Of a stretch of DNA of 64,000 bases, positions 25,632 to 36,978 are shown in pieces. The DNA lies in NCBI GenBank assembly GCA_021613535.1, contig CP075495.1, positions 8,494,001-8,558,000 of the forward strand. Direction: 5' to 3'. Position 1 is the first letter of the stretch; the number at the start of each line of letters is the position of its first letter. Both the position numbers and the translations under genes were made by a program. This stretch comes from Adineta vaga (Eukaryota; Animalia; Rotifera). Under the pieces are notes generated by a model, which saw only the letters and a list, made by a program, of their open reading frames with translations, ran no database searches and had not been told where the DNA came from.

Positions 25632-27177
25632 ATGGATCTTCCTGAGAATGTATTAAATTCTCTATCAATTAAAAATGATGATGATAATGATGATACTGAA
25701 GCAACAATACCTTTATTACCAACACAAACTTCATCAACTGGTAATATGAATGTAATACATGATAAACCTATAACTGATTTAGCATTGAAAACACCAATTA
25801 GTTTTCTTCAAGAAATATGTTTTCGTATTCATGCCACACCAACGTATAGTTTATGTCCAAGTGAAGCACAATGTATATCAAGTGAACCTGCATTTCTCTA
25901 CCGTGTTGTTGTCGATGATATGATTGCATTTGGCAAAGGTGAAAATATCAAAATTTTCAATTCATAACAAATGACCAATATGAATCATTTAGGTTCGAGT
26001 AAAAAACGTGCTAAACATAAAGCTGCTTGGTGTATGATTGAACAATGTTATGTTAAATTGAAAACAATGGGTGATCCATTAATTAAAACAATTGAACAAT
26101 ATTTGTATGTTTTAAAAATGTTTCTTCATTTGATTTCTACATTAGAGTCTTATAGTTTATTAAAACCATCACAGACAAGCAATACGAATGATGATTCGAT
26201 GACGAATGATGAAAAAAATAATCCTATTGGTAAATTACAAGAATTAACGCAAAAAAATTGGATTCGACCACCGGAATATGAATTTTCTGATCAAGAAAAT
26301 GCTTCTACACCTAATACAAAGATGTATTCATGTCGAGCTAAAGTAGCAACTTATATTGCTGAAGGTTTGTTGAATAATCTAGATCAATTATTGATCTTTT
26401 CGGTTTAATTTTTTAAGGAACTGGCTTATCAAAGAAAATAGCTAAACGACAAGCAGCAACAAATCTATTAAATATATTAGAAAATCTTAGTCCTGAAGAA
26501 AAAAAAGCATTACTCAATCGTGCAGAAGGACAGGTGAGTTTTAAACTATACGAACTTTTTTCTATTGACTTGTGTCATTCGATAGAATGATCCTGAATGT
26601 TCACAATCACATTCGAAATTTCGTCGATCACGTCGTAAAATGAATGATTCAAGTGTAGGTATAATTATAGAATAATTTCATCTGAATACTTTGCTTATAT
26701 AGTTACTGGATACAAGTGGTATACGTGGTACTGGTTCAACACGATCCAATCGTTTGTATGACAAAACTTCATTTCAATTATGGAAAAATAGTGAATTACC
26801 TTATATAAAAAAATTACTTTCCGAAGAGTATGAACAAGATCTATCTCAATCTTATAAAATGTTTGAATTACTTTCACAAGAACAAAATTTTACATTTGAA
26901 TTTATTCAATTACCAACTATTGATGAAGGTTAGTGATAGCTATTCATATATTTAAACAGAATGATTCAGTATATTTTTTAAAGGATCAATTCAATTATTA
27001 CTGGAAGTTCGTCTAACTCCAGTTTCTGTCTTTCATGGTTATGGACAAACATTGGAATTAGCTCGACAACATTCAACGAATTTAGCATTGAAATATATTC
27101 GATGTCTTTCAAAACAACAGCAACAACATTCAACATCAATAAATACGACTACAACATTGATACAATCGACTGCTTAG
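25632..27177 (+). CDS. Loquacious/TARBP2/PACT-like dsRNA-binding protein with 3 dsRBDs, multi-exon
   Basis: dsRBD1 KTPISFLQEIC..GKGSSKKRAKHKAA; dsRBD2 NPIGKLQELTQKNWIRPPEY..GTGLSKKIAKRQAA; type-B dsRBD3 PVSVFHGYGQTLELARQHSTNLALKYIR. Confidence 0.85.
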
Positions 27178-27324
27178 TCAAAAACAAATCAACTAACATT
27201 TATTCTTATTTTTTCAACAGATTTCCAAAGAAAGATATTTTAAGTAAACTTTTTTAATGTAAATATCGTTATGTGATATTTGTTTTTTTGTTTTAAACAA
27301 AATAAAAGAGAGAAAAAAACACTT

Positions 27325-28332
27325 TTAAACATCAACAACTTGACCATGAAATGTGCGTTTAATTGTTACAAATTGTCTCGTATTTAAATAACCAATCGTT
27401 GTATGTTTGTTTGTATTATTCATTGGAATATTAACTAGGTAAGTTTTTGGATTCTTCAAAACTTCTTGATGATCACGTACAGGAATGATAATTGTTACTG
27501 AATATGTCGTTGAAGACAAATTATCGGATTGATTTAGAGTATTATCTAAACTATTTAATTCATTTGTTTGTATGGCAACATGTTTTTGCCCATAACGACG
27601 TCCACGATATTGATAGAAGGGAACTGAATAAAACTCATCAAGACCAAGTATATTTGTATCAATCTGACGTTGATATTTATGACGATGCAGCAAATGAGAC
27701 ACACGATGTAGTACTGTTCCACCAGCTGTCATTATTGATGATGCATCATCATCATCTGTTACTGAAGATGCCATCGATAAACATCGATTTCGATTTTGAT
27801 AGAATTTTTTCGGAATAGATTTTATTGATCCATCAAGTAAATAATCACTACTTCTTGTACGTTGTAAATTACTATTATTTGATGATGATAAATGATCAAA
27901 ACTATTACTACGAGGACAATCATTTTCATTCCATTGAATACATACATCACGAACAAGAATAGGTGGTTCACGTTCATGTGTTGCACCTTGTTGATAAATA
28001 ATCATTTTACACATTAACGGTAGATGTGTTGATGCACTGTTAATATCAAATGTAATCGTTTCAGCAATATCGAAATTTTTTCTTTCAGTACCAACTGAGG
28101 GTACTTCCATTTCTTCCTCGAATACTGTTCTTTCATAACGATAATCTTGTTTCATTGGTGAATAACCATCGGTATAAAAAACTTGACTAAATGATGGTAC
28201 AAGAAATTTACTCGTATCTGATTTCAATGGTATTGGATTGACTACGGATGGAACGAACGTTGGACGATGTTGTAATTGTTCATCACGTTTCCAAAGTGTA
28301 TATAAATCAGTAGAATCAGTCGTTGTTCCCAT
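27325..28332 (-). CDS. Hypothetical protein, 335 aa, single coding exon
   Basis: Long uninterrupted ORF in AT-rich DNA; no domain recognised. Confidence 0.6.
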   Translation of the reverse strand: MGTTTDSTDLYTLWKRDEQLQHRPTFVPSVVNPIPLKSDTSKFLVPSFSQVFYTDGYSPMKQDYRYERTVFEEEMEVPSVGTERKNFDIAETITFDINSASTHLPLMCKMIIYQQGATHEREPPILVRDVCIQWNENDCPRSNSFDHLSSSNNSNLQRTRSSDYLLDGSIKSIPKKFYQNRNRCLSMASSVTDDDDASSIMTAGGTVLHRVSHLLHRHKYQRQIDTNILGLDEFYSVPFYQYRGRRYGQKHVAIQTNELNSLDNTLNQSDNLSSTTYSVTIIIPVRDHQEVLKNPKTYLVNIPMNNTNKHTTIGYLNTRQFVTIKRTFHGQVVDV

Positions 28333-29514
28333 TTTATTTTAGTCAAAATGCGTCAAGTAAAAAAGCTCTTATCTAAAGAAAAATATTAGGATAAAAGGGA
28401 TAGATAAATACCATTAAAGAAGTTTTTGTTCGACTGAGAAAACCGCATTCTTTCTCGTCATTCTTATTGAAGACTGTAATATTTAAAAAGGCGAAAAAAA
28501 TGATAATTCAAAATACAAGAGAAAGAGAGAACAAAAAAAGACTGAAGGTTTATACACGTGTATTCTCTTCTCAAATCTTCTGACATTCGATTCGTTTTTC
28601 TTTCATGTTATGCATAGGCATCTACGTTTGTCTATTGACATAAACACTAACAGATATATATATATATGTGTATACACAACTCATATTTATGTCTTATCTT
28701 ATATAAAGTGCTCAACCCATAGTTCAAGTTCTTTAGAAAAGAAAAGAAACATGAAGACATTTTGTTTTTTATGTATTCAAAGATTAAATTATATCCAGGT
28801 GGGAATCATAAAAACTAACAAGTAGGTTGATAAATGATTCTTTCTTCCATTGGATTGGTTCATGAGCATATAGTTTATATGATGATTAGTAATTCGGTGT
28901 GCATTTTCATCTTTTCACTTTCTCTTTATATATTCATCTGATCGATCGAATCATCAATTCTTTAATATTTATCATGTATGTAAATTTACCATGTAAAAAG
29001 AATTGAATATGTTTTATTTATAGAAAAAAAAGTATCCTCGACCTTTTGTTGCCTATCATCTGAATGAAGTAAAAATAAGTAGGTGGATAAAATGTGTGTA
29101 AGTTAAAATATGTCAAAAAAGATCTTAATATCACATTCGAATAAGACTAATGAAATTTGTTGGATAAATTTAAATATTAAAAACTTTGAAACAACATGTA
29201 TTCGATACTTGATAGCAAAGAAACAGATGTATGGCATTGTATTTAAATGAGATAAAAAATATCTTGAACAAAGTATTTGATGTTGGTTTATTATTGATTG
29301 ATTTTTTTGTTTTATTGAGATTTATCTATATGACAGAGGAGAGTAGACGATGAAATTATAAAAACATATGTGATTTATTGGTGTTATAATTCATCTTATT
29401 ATCTGTTTACAAGAATGAGATGGATTGATCAATCAGAGATAAAAATATTTTATTCTTATATGTCTAATACAAAAAGAGCTAAATCAAAATATTGATGATC
29501 AAAATTTAACAACC

Positions 29515-30329
29515 ATGTGGACAACTGATTCTCAATTATTACATGTTCCTCGAAGACCAATTGTTCGAAAACCACATTTTATCAATGATAATCATGTTTC
29601 TATTTCACGTATACATTCTCCTTCATCAAGAAAAACTATGCTTACATCTCGACGACGTCATTCAACTCCTCAAGTATCAACTCTAAGATTTGTAGAATCA
29701 AAATCGCCACAATTACATCCAATCACGAAACAATACTATTTGAATACTAGAGCAATACGTACTATTCATAAAGAACAAAGTTTAAAATCTGATCTATTTA
29801 AATCACCACCACGTCCAGCAACCCTTGTCAAACCACGTCATCCAGATGATCGAACTACTCGTTTACCAACGACGCCAACAAGTCTTTGTTTTAATAATGA
29901 TATATTTTTACCGATGGCAAAAAAAAATCGTTCAACAATTGTCGAAACACCAAGTCCGGCTGCATCAGATTTCCTGACTGGCAATCAAAATGCATTCTCA
30001 AAACGACAATGGAATAGACGTGAAAAAGCCATTTCACTCGATTTTGATACTGATTTGTTTAAACCAGATGATGAATCCTTACACGATTATGTATGTATAC
30101 AAATTTTTCAAACAGAAAAGCGAATTTTTTATTTTTATTTTAGACGAATAATCGAGATACGACAAAACGTTGTAAATGTTGTTTTGGAAAATGTTTTTGT
30201 CGATTTTCATATTGTACTTTTCCACAATGTCATTATAGTTGTCCACTTTGGTATTGGATTATTTGTGTTCTATTAACAGTTGGATCATTTATTGGAATAA
30301 TAATATTCATAAGATATTCATCACGTTAA
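29515..30329 (+). CDS. Hypothetical protein: disordered N-terminus, Cys-rich juxtamembrane segment, C-terminal TM helix
   Basis: ORF at 29515 spliced at about 30091-30143 to TNNRDTTKRCKCCFGKCFCRFSYCTFPQCHYSCPLWYWIICVLLTVGSFIGIIIFIRYSSR*. Confidence 0.6.
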
Positions 30330-30754
30330 AATAACTTTCGTTTATCGATCGATCGTTTGATCATATAGAAATGAATGAATCAACAAAAGCAACTAAGAAT
30401 GTCGATCTAAATGAACGATTGATCTTAAAATATTGAATTAAAATAAACTATTGTGAAAGTAATTTTCAATAAAAATCTATGTAAATAAAAGTGCAAATTG
30501 TCATTTTATTTCGTTAGGGAAAATTTTGTGAAATTCTTCATAAGATTATAGATAGAGAATTCAGTCGTATTCGTATTATTAAGATCAAATATACAATATT
30601 GAATAGTATTTACATACATTCTTTTTTCTTTATACATAATTAAAAATCAGTACTGCGAGCATTTTTAGGGGTTTTCTTTGTTTTTCTCTATGGTTTGATT
30701 GAATCGAGAAAAAAACATTTCTTTTGATTATAATATAGAAATTGATCAATTGCG

Positions 30755-32772
30755 ATGACAAGTGTCCAACCAGTCGAAAATATTCCATTACGTACTAATC
30801 CTGTCGATCGATCAGGATCATTACTACGTTTTAATTCTGCTCGTATATCTCCTGAAACAAAAGATAATAGTCTATCAGATTTGATCGACTCACGACCATT
30901 ATCGCCCACGCATATTCGGTTTGAAGGTGGAATATTTCAAACCGAAGGATCTACACCTCAATCACCTTTAATCAAAAATAGAATTCCTCCAACAAAGCAT
31001 TTATCACCAATTGAAGAAACAAATGATACAAATCGTATAGTGAAAATATCTGAATACTGTACACCGAAAGATACACCATTTGAACCAATAATACCAAATC
31101 GACCAACAAAAAAATTACATCGTTATATTCTTGTTACTCCTCGAACTATTTTTTCTCTTACACTATTTTCAATTATATCAATAGCCGTTGTTCTTATTGG
31201 TTTCGGTATTGCTATATCCCATCGTCGATCACAATTAGATTCTCGATGTCTATCAATATCTTATTGTCCAAGAAATGCAAGTTATACACTTCTATGTAAC
31301 ATAACAAATGAATATTGTGGCTGCTATAATACCAATGATGAACTTATGGGTTGTATGAAACAACGACGATACGGAAATGGTTGTTATCGATCACAAGAAT
31401 GTTCTTCATATGAAAATCTTCAATGTAATACGAGTACATATCAATGTCAATGTCTTGATCATTATTATTATAATGGAAGTTCATGTATACCTATGTTAAC
31501 ATATGGGGAAATGTGTTCAATAGTCAATGATACATGTGATTATTTATTACATTTAACTTGTTTAATTGGAGATATTTGTACTTGTGATACAAGTATTACC
31601 TTTTGGAATGGGCAATATTGTGAATATTATCGTTCCGTTAATAACCCATGTGATCCATATAAAATTCCATCAGGTTGTTCGATGACATTTATATGCGATA
31701 ATTCTACAGCAACATGTCAATGTTCATTATCTGCTTATTTTAATGGAGAAGCATGTTTAACATATAGTTCTTATTTAGAACCATGTTATGACACATCATC
31801 ATGTTTACCAGATACATTTTTAGTATGTTCATGGGGTCTATGTCAATGTGATGATATATACTTCTATTGGTCGAAAACTAATTTAACATGTACATATCCA
31901 AAAAAGATTGAATACAATAGTTCATGTGATTATCAAACAGGGTGCGAAAGTGATTTTGGTTTACGTTGTATTGATGGTCATTGTCTATGTGAAGTAAATT
32001 CTTATTGGACACCTGGTAATTATTGTGATTTTCAATCACAATATAATGAACAATGTTTAACTGCTCCTTGCATGGCTAATACGGAACTTTTATGTTCAAC
32101 AAATACATCGATGTGTACTTGTTCAAAATGTAAGTGTTCTTCTTTTCTTTGAAATAGACAAAAAAAAGAACGAGAATTTATTTAGATTATTATTGGGATG
32201 GTTTTGTATGTCAACATGAACGTTCATATTTATCCTATTGTTTAAATGATAATTGGTGTCGAATGGATCTTGGATTACGTTGTCGAAATTTTACATGTAC
32301 ATGTTCATTATGCACAACATGTTTTTGGGATGGAGTTCGTTGTCGTGATTGTCCAACATCATGGCAATTAGTCACTTCAACTGATACAATACAACCACGT
32401 ATATATTGTTATTTAAAAGTTGATTCATATGTAAATTGGAATGAATCATTAGCTATTTGTCCAACATTAGCAACATCATATTTTAGTGGATCAAGTCATC
32501 TAATTTATATTGATGATTTGCAAGAATTACAAGATGTTAGTATATTTGCCACAAATGATTACTATGATATATTTATTGGTCATACTAATCGATTCAATTA
32601 TACTCAATGGTTTCTTTCCAATGGAACGACATCACCACCAGTAAAATGGTGCACTGGAGTGGGAGCATCATTTCCATCCACAACATGTACTCGTTTATTG
32701 ATTAGTTCAGTTTGTGTCACTGATATAGCATGTTACGGTTGGACTTCGAGATATATATGTGAACTTGATTAA
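30755..32772 (+). CDS. Type II membrane protein with tandem Cys-rich EGF/EB-like modules and a C-terminal C-type-lectin-like domain
   Basis: Cytoplasmic N-terminus; TM segment IFSLTLFSIISIAVVLIGFGIAI; about 8 repeats ending C.C....(Y/F)(W/Y)NG..C; after one intron, CPTSW..CY..VNWNESLAIC..HLIYIDDLQE..IFIG..YICE. Confidence 0.75.
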
Positions 32773-32994
32773 AATACTATATTGCAGCTTTTGAAAAAGT
32801 GAACTATTTTGGCACGAGAGGAACATCTATGTTTGATTCTTTCTACTAGACTGACAAGATTTAGAAAGCGTAATAAAAATCTGGAAATCTATTATTGTGT
32901 AACAAATAGCAAAGCATTAAATTTAACTAAATTCTTGATTATTTTTTTTTTTACATTTTTTCATTTGATAAATAATAAACGGAAATAGTATCAC

Positions 32995-33768
32995 TCATGG
33001 AAAACATAATAATTTCAATTCTTTAATAGATTCAAGAACAACATCTAATTCTTGTTGCATAGTTTCATGTGCTGTATCTTCTACAATCATTGCGCGAAGA
33101 TCATCAAATTGAAAACGAAGTTTATCAATTTGTTTATGGATTACTTCTAAATATAACATTGTACTCGTAGGATCTCGTCGATATTCTAGAAATTTAATTA
33201 AACCCAATGCAGTTAAACCTGCTAATAACATGGACATTCCAACAATATAAACAAATGTACTCCAGCTTGTTCCTGGTATTAAAACAGCTAATACTCGACC
33301 AAAAATAATCGATGCACCACCAACAATTGATAAAATAATACCCCATTTATTAACTTCACACCAGAAATATGTCGAATGAAATTTTGTTAGTTTACTTTGC
33401 AATAATTGAGATTGTTCAATAAGTTTTTTAAATATTTGTTCATCGATTTTTGTATTTAAATGTTCAATTAATGTTGTTGTTGGTTGTAATTTGAATTTTC
33501 GATAACGTATTTCCATTATACCTGCTGCTTGATAGGTTGAATGACGTACATCAGTAAAATCATTTTTAATAGCAAATAATTCATCTTTTTCACTGCCAGT
33601 TAATTGCGGAGATAAGGTTTCAAAATATCGATCAAATTTACTAATTGCAGTACTAGCTAAATCAATTGAATGGGCGAAAATACTCGAAGATCCTGGACGA
33701 TCATAATGAGATTCGAATAATTGCGAGATTGCTTGCCATTGCTCAGGAGTAAAAAGAGGACTAGTCAT
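32995..33768 (-). CDS. Hypothetical membrane protein: helical region, two-TM hairpin, C-terminal coiled coil
   Basis: 257-aa ORF with hydrophobic WGIILSIVGGASIIFGRVLAVLIPG and FVYIVGMSMLLAGLTALGLI; probable 5'UTR intron at about 33792-33895. Confidence 0.65.
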   Translation of the reverse strand: MTSPLFTPEQWQAISQLFESHYDRPGSSSIFAHSIDLASTAISKFDRYFETLSPQLTGSEKDELFAIKNDFTDVRHSTYQAAGIMEIRYRKFKLQPTTTLIEHLNTKIDEQIFKKLIEQSQLLQSKLTKFHSTYFWCEVNKWGIILSIVGGASIIFGRVLAVLIPGTSWSTFVYIVGMSMLLAGLTALGLIKFLEYRRDPTSTMLYLEVIHKQIDKLRFQFDDLRAMIVEDTAHETMQQELDVVLESIKELKLLCFP

Positions 33769-34147
33769 CGTTCGATTTGAAAGTTAACGATCTAAATTTA
33801 TTAACAATTCATTTTTCATTCATCAGTTTTACACAATGATCAAAAATATGTTTTCATGAAATATTTCACAATTTCAAAAATATAGAACTCTTACCTTAAA
33901 TGCCAACAAAAGTAGTATCACGATTCTTTTTTATATGAGCAATCGAAGGCGTATTGTTGACGTGGAAAATTTCGCAATGATTTTGCAATGACACAAATAT
34001 TTAGCTATTTTTTTTCTTATTATATTTAAGTGTCACCGCTCTGAATATACAGAAAGAAAGGAGAATAAAATGGGAACATGACAAGACAAAAAGCGGTAAT
34101 ATGATGAAAGTTTAATAATGTATTTTTGTGTGAACAGAAATGTTAGT

Positions 34148-35029
34148 TCAATGTGATGCTAATTTTGCTTGTTTTTCAGGCTTTGAAAGCTGTTGATGAT
34201 GGCCATCCGTTGATTCTAAATTCAAATAGTATTTTCATATAGAAAAACAGCAAGAAATTAATATTTTTATATACAGACTTGCTTTTGTTGCTTCATGTAA
34301 AGTAACTGGTGTTGAATTAGAAGGTGATGGACGTCCACTAATATTTCCACGATTTGAATTATATGTTCCATATTCTTGATGTTTAATTAAACGTGATGTT
34401 TTAAAAACTTGTTGTTGAATATCCCATTGTTTCATTTGTCTAAATGAAAATATTGAGAGACGTTCTAGTAGATTCTTTAAAAATACATACGAACGAAAAT
34501 CTTTATTCTGATTACGTTCCCAATTTTGAGTACTCAAATCAAAATGACTCCCAGCAAGACGACCTTTAGCAGCATTTTTATCACTCTAGAAAAATATTTT
34601 CTTCATACAATGAAATCAGTTGAAAATATGATATGGTTACATTTGGTTCAAAAACGGCAGGTGAATAAGGATCAACACCGTCTAACTGTCGACTTTTTAT
34701 TTCTTAAATATGAAAATTAATATCAATATCATATTTTTCAATTTAACAAACCTGCTGGTGAAGCAACATCAGGGAGTTCATAAACAACTGCACGTGTACT
34801 TTTGTCCCATGGGCGATCTAGATCAAATGAATTTGATCAAACCATCGAAAAGTAAATCTATAGTTTTACCTCCAACTGCTGAATCCGATTGAAGACGAAT
34901 TACGATAGCAGGAATAGTTGATTGTCGAAGTTGTAGTACACGCTTGAAAGAATCATATCGAATAAAAATTCTTTATTTGATACGAGGAAAACTTACTCGT
35001 GCATTTTGAAGAATTTGAAGGTTATTCAT
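34148..35029 (-). CDS. Hypothetical 7-exon protein with mitochondrial-presequence-like N-terminus (mostly absent from the ORF track)
   Basis: Short introns join MNNLQILQNAR/RVLQLRQSTIPAIVIRLQSDSAVG/DRPWDKSTRAVVYELPDVASPA/EIKSRQLDGVDPYSPAVFEPN/SDKNAAKGRLAGSHFDLSTQNWERNQNKDFR/SQMKQWDIQQQVFK... in frame. The last junction is ambiguous. Confidence 0.7.
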
Positions 35030-35161
35030 ATTTATCTAGAATGATAAAAAAAAGAAGAAAATAACTTCTAAGAGAATGTTACAGTTGAAAAAAGTAAAAA
35101 ATCATTAACATTTAATGTTAAGAAAGAAAAAAAGAAAATTTATTGTTTTCCTTGCTCAGAA

Positions 35162-35644
35162 TTATGTATCTGCTGAACCACCAGCTTTTCCATAGCGTGG
35201 ATCATTTCCAACAACTTTATTTGGTTGATTCCAATCTTTTCGTGTTGTACCTAAATAAAAACAAAAAATGTGTCATGTTATTATTACAGATATGCATATT
35301 TGCTCATACCAGGTTGTTTTGTATCATCAGTTACTGTCGATTTTTGTTTTTTCTCACCACCTTTAGATTTATTCAGATCACTACCACGTGCTGAACCAGA
35401 CTGTTGCATACCTATACAAAAACAATTGATAATAGTTTGATGAGTAGAAGATCAAACATCTAAATGACTTGACCTTTATGTTTTTCCGACGATGTTGATG
35501 ATCGTGGATCACTACCATCAAATCGAATTGATTGTACAAGAATTGCTGGTCGTTGCTATAAAAACAATTCAATTCGAAATCTTTCTGTTTTTTTTTATTT
35601 CAACATACACTGATGTTCGTTAATGATCGTCGTAGAGCTTGCAT
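35162..35644 (-). CDS. Small 102-aa hydrophilic protein with mitochondrial-presequence-like N-terminus (4 exons; not in the ORF track)
   Basis: Exons 35644-35609, 35555-35474, 35411-35310 and 35250-35162 total 309 nt with phase-compatible GT-AG introns: MQALRRSLTNISQRPAILVQSIRFDGSDPRSSTSSEKHKGMQQSGSARGSDLNKSKGGEKKQKSTVTDDTKQPGTTRKDWNQPNKVVGNDPRYGKAGGSADT. Confidence 0.8.
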
Positions 35645-35723
35645 GATGAAAGAAGAGGAAAATTTTCTGAAAAAAAAAGTTCAATGTAAAAATTTTTCAA
35701 AAAAAGAAAAATTCGTTTTTATT
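35645..35723 (-). promoter_or_regulatory. Intercistronic-like element: AATAAA (35723-35718), U-rich tract, T9CAG acceptor (AG ends 35667), then ATG 35644
   Basis: Read directly from the minus strand; there is no GT dinucleotide between the AATAAA and the acceptor. Confidence 0.5.
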
Positions 35724-35816
35724 TAATCGAAAGAAAAACGAAAAGAAATAAACGTATATTACAGCTTAACTATTCTGACAAATGACTGAAAGAATCTACG
35801 GTATGTTCTGTTCGTT

Positions 35817-36902
35817 CTACCATTGAGATCGGCGAATTCGTTGCTGTTGTTGTTGTTGTTGTTGGTTCCAAAAATTATTTACAGAAGAAATAATTTGTTG
35901 ATATTCAGGTACTTGAATGCGGAAATATTTGGCAATCATAATTAAAACAGATAGAAGAAATAGAAAATTAAAATGATTGATAATCAAATGTAAAATCAGA
36001 ATGAATAAATTAAATAAAACAATAATTAAACAAATAATTATTGTTAAAAGATTAATATCCGATGGACGACGTTTATAACATATGAGAAAAAAATAGAGAG
36101 CAATGAATACGACACGAAATAGTGTTATTAGTGGTGAAAAATCGAATAAAAATTTCGTTAATGTTTCAATAAATGATGGAATCCATTGAGTAAAAACAAG
36201 CGAAAGAAATGATACGATAATATATGAAAAAATCGTACCAAAAAACATGACTGTTGCAAGTGTACAAAGAACAAATAGACAAATATATATTGCTTTTTTC
36301 AATTCAAATAATTCCGTTTCTAATGTATGAATACGACGATATAAATTTGAAAGATGTCTTTCAATTTGTTGTTCTTCAAGTGAAGGTTTATTTGGTGAAT
36401 TATTCGAATTTGATGATGAGGAAAGATTCATTAGTGTTTCTTCGTCTTCAGGACTAAGAGGAGATTGTTCAAGACAATTATTTCGAATATGAATGGAAAA
36501 ATTTCCACGATTAATTGTTTGTTTACAAACATTACATTGTACCTAAAATCATCAAATATGAATAATGATCAAGAATAGAGAAAAAAAGACTTTCCTTACT
36601 TCTAGTTCATCAAGAATATTTCTTATTACATGACTCGTCATTTTCAAATCATTTGGATTGATAATTGCTGCTCGACAACATGGACATTGTCGTAATTTTC
36701 TTATACAACGATTACAGAAGGAATTTTCACACATCGTATGCGTTTGAGGATCTATTAATGGATCTAAACATATGGGACAGATTAATGAGCGAGATATTTT
36801 ATCTTCGTTAATATAAGTATAATTATTAGCCAATGCTAATTCACGATTCGACGTAGTTGTACGAAACATCATTCGTAATTGATTCAATAATGTCGATGGC
36901 AT
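35817..36902 (-). CDS. Membrane-anchored RING-finger protein (TRAF/PDZRN-type RING, zinc finger, coiled coil, about 4 TM); putative E3 ligase
   Basis: Exons 36902-36600 and 36542-35817 (57-nt intron): YTYINEDKISRSLICPICLDPLIDPQTHTMCENSFCNRCIRKLRQCPCCR, then VQCNVCKQTINRGNFSIHIRNNC, a coiled coil and hydrophobic helices. Confidence 0.75.
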
Positions 36903-36978
36903 TTTTAATAATCTAAAATAAAAACATTCATTTTTATATAGACACAAAAAAACACAAGACTATGTTTTTTTTTAACTT

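Noticed and set aside
35162-35644. The 102-aa protein as ATPase inhibitor IF1 or a group 3 LEA protein
   Set aside because: It lacks the IF1 GSIREAGG..F...E motif and coiled coil, and lacks LEA 11-mer repeats.
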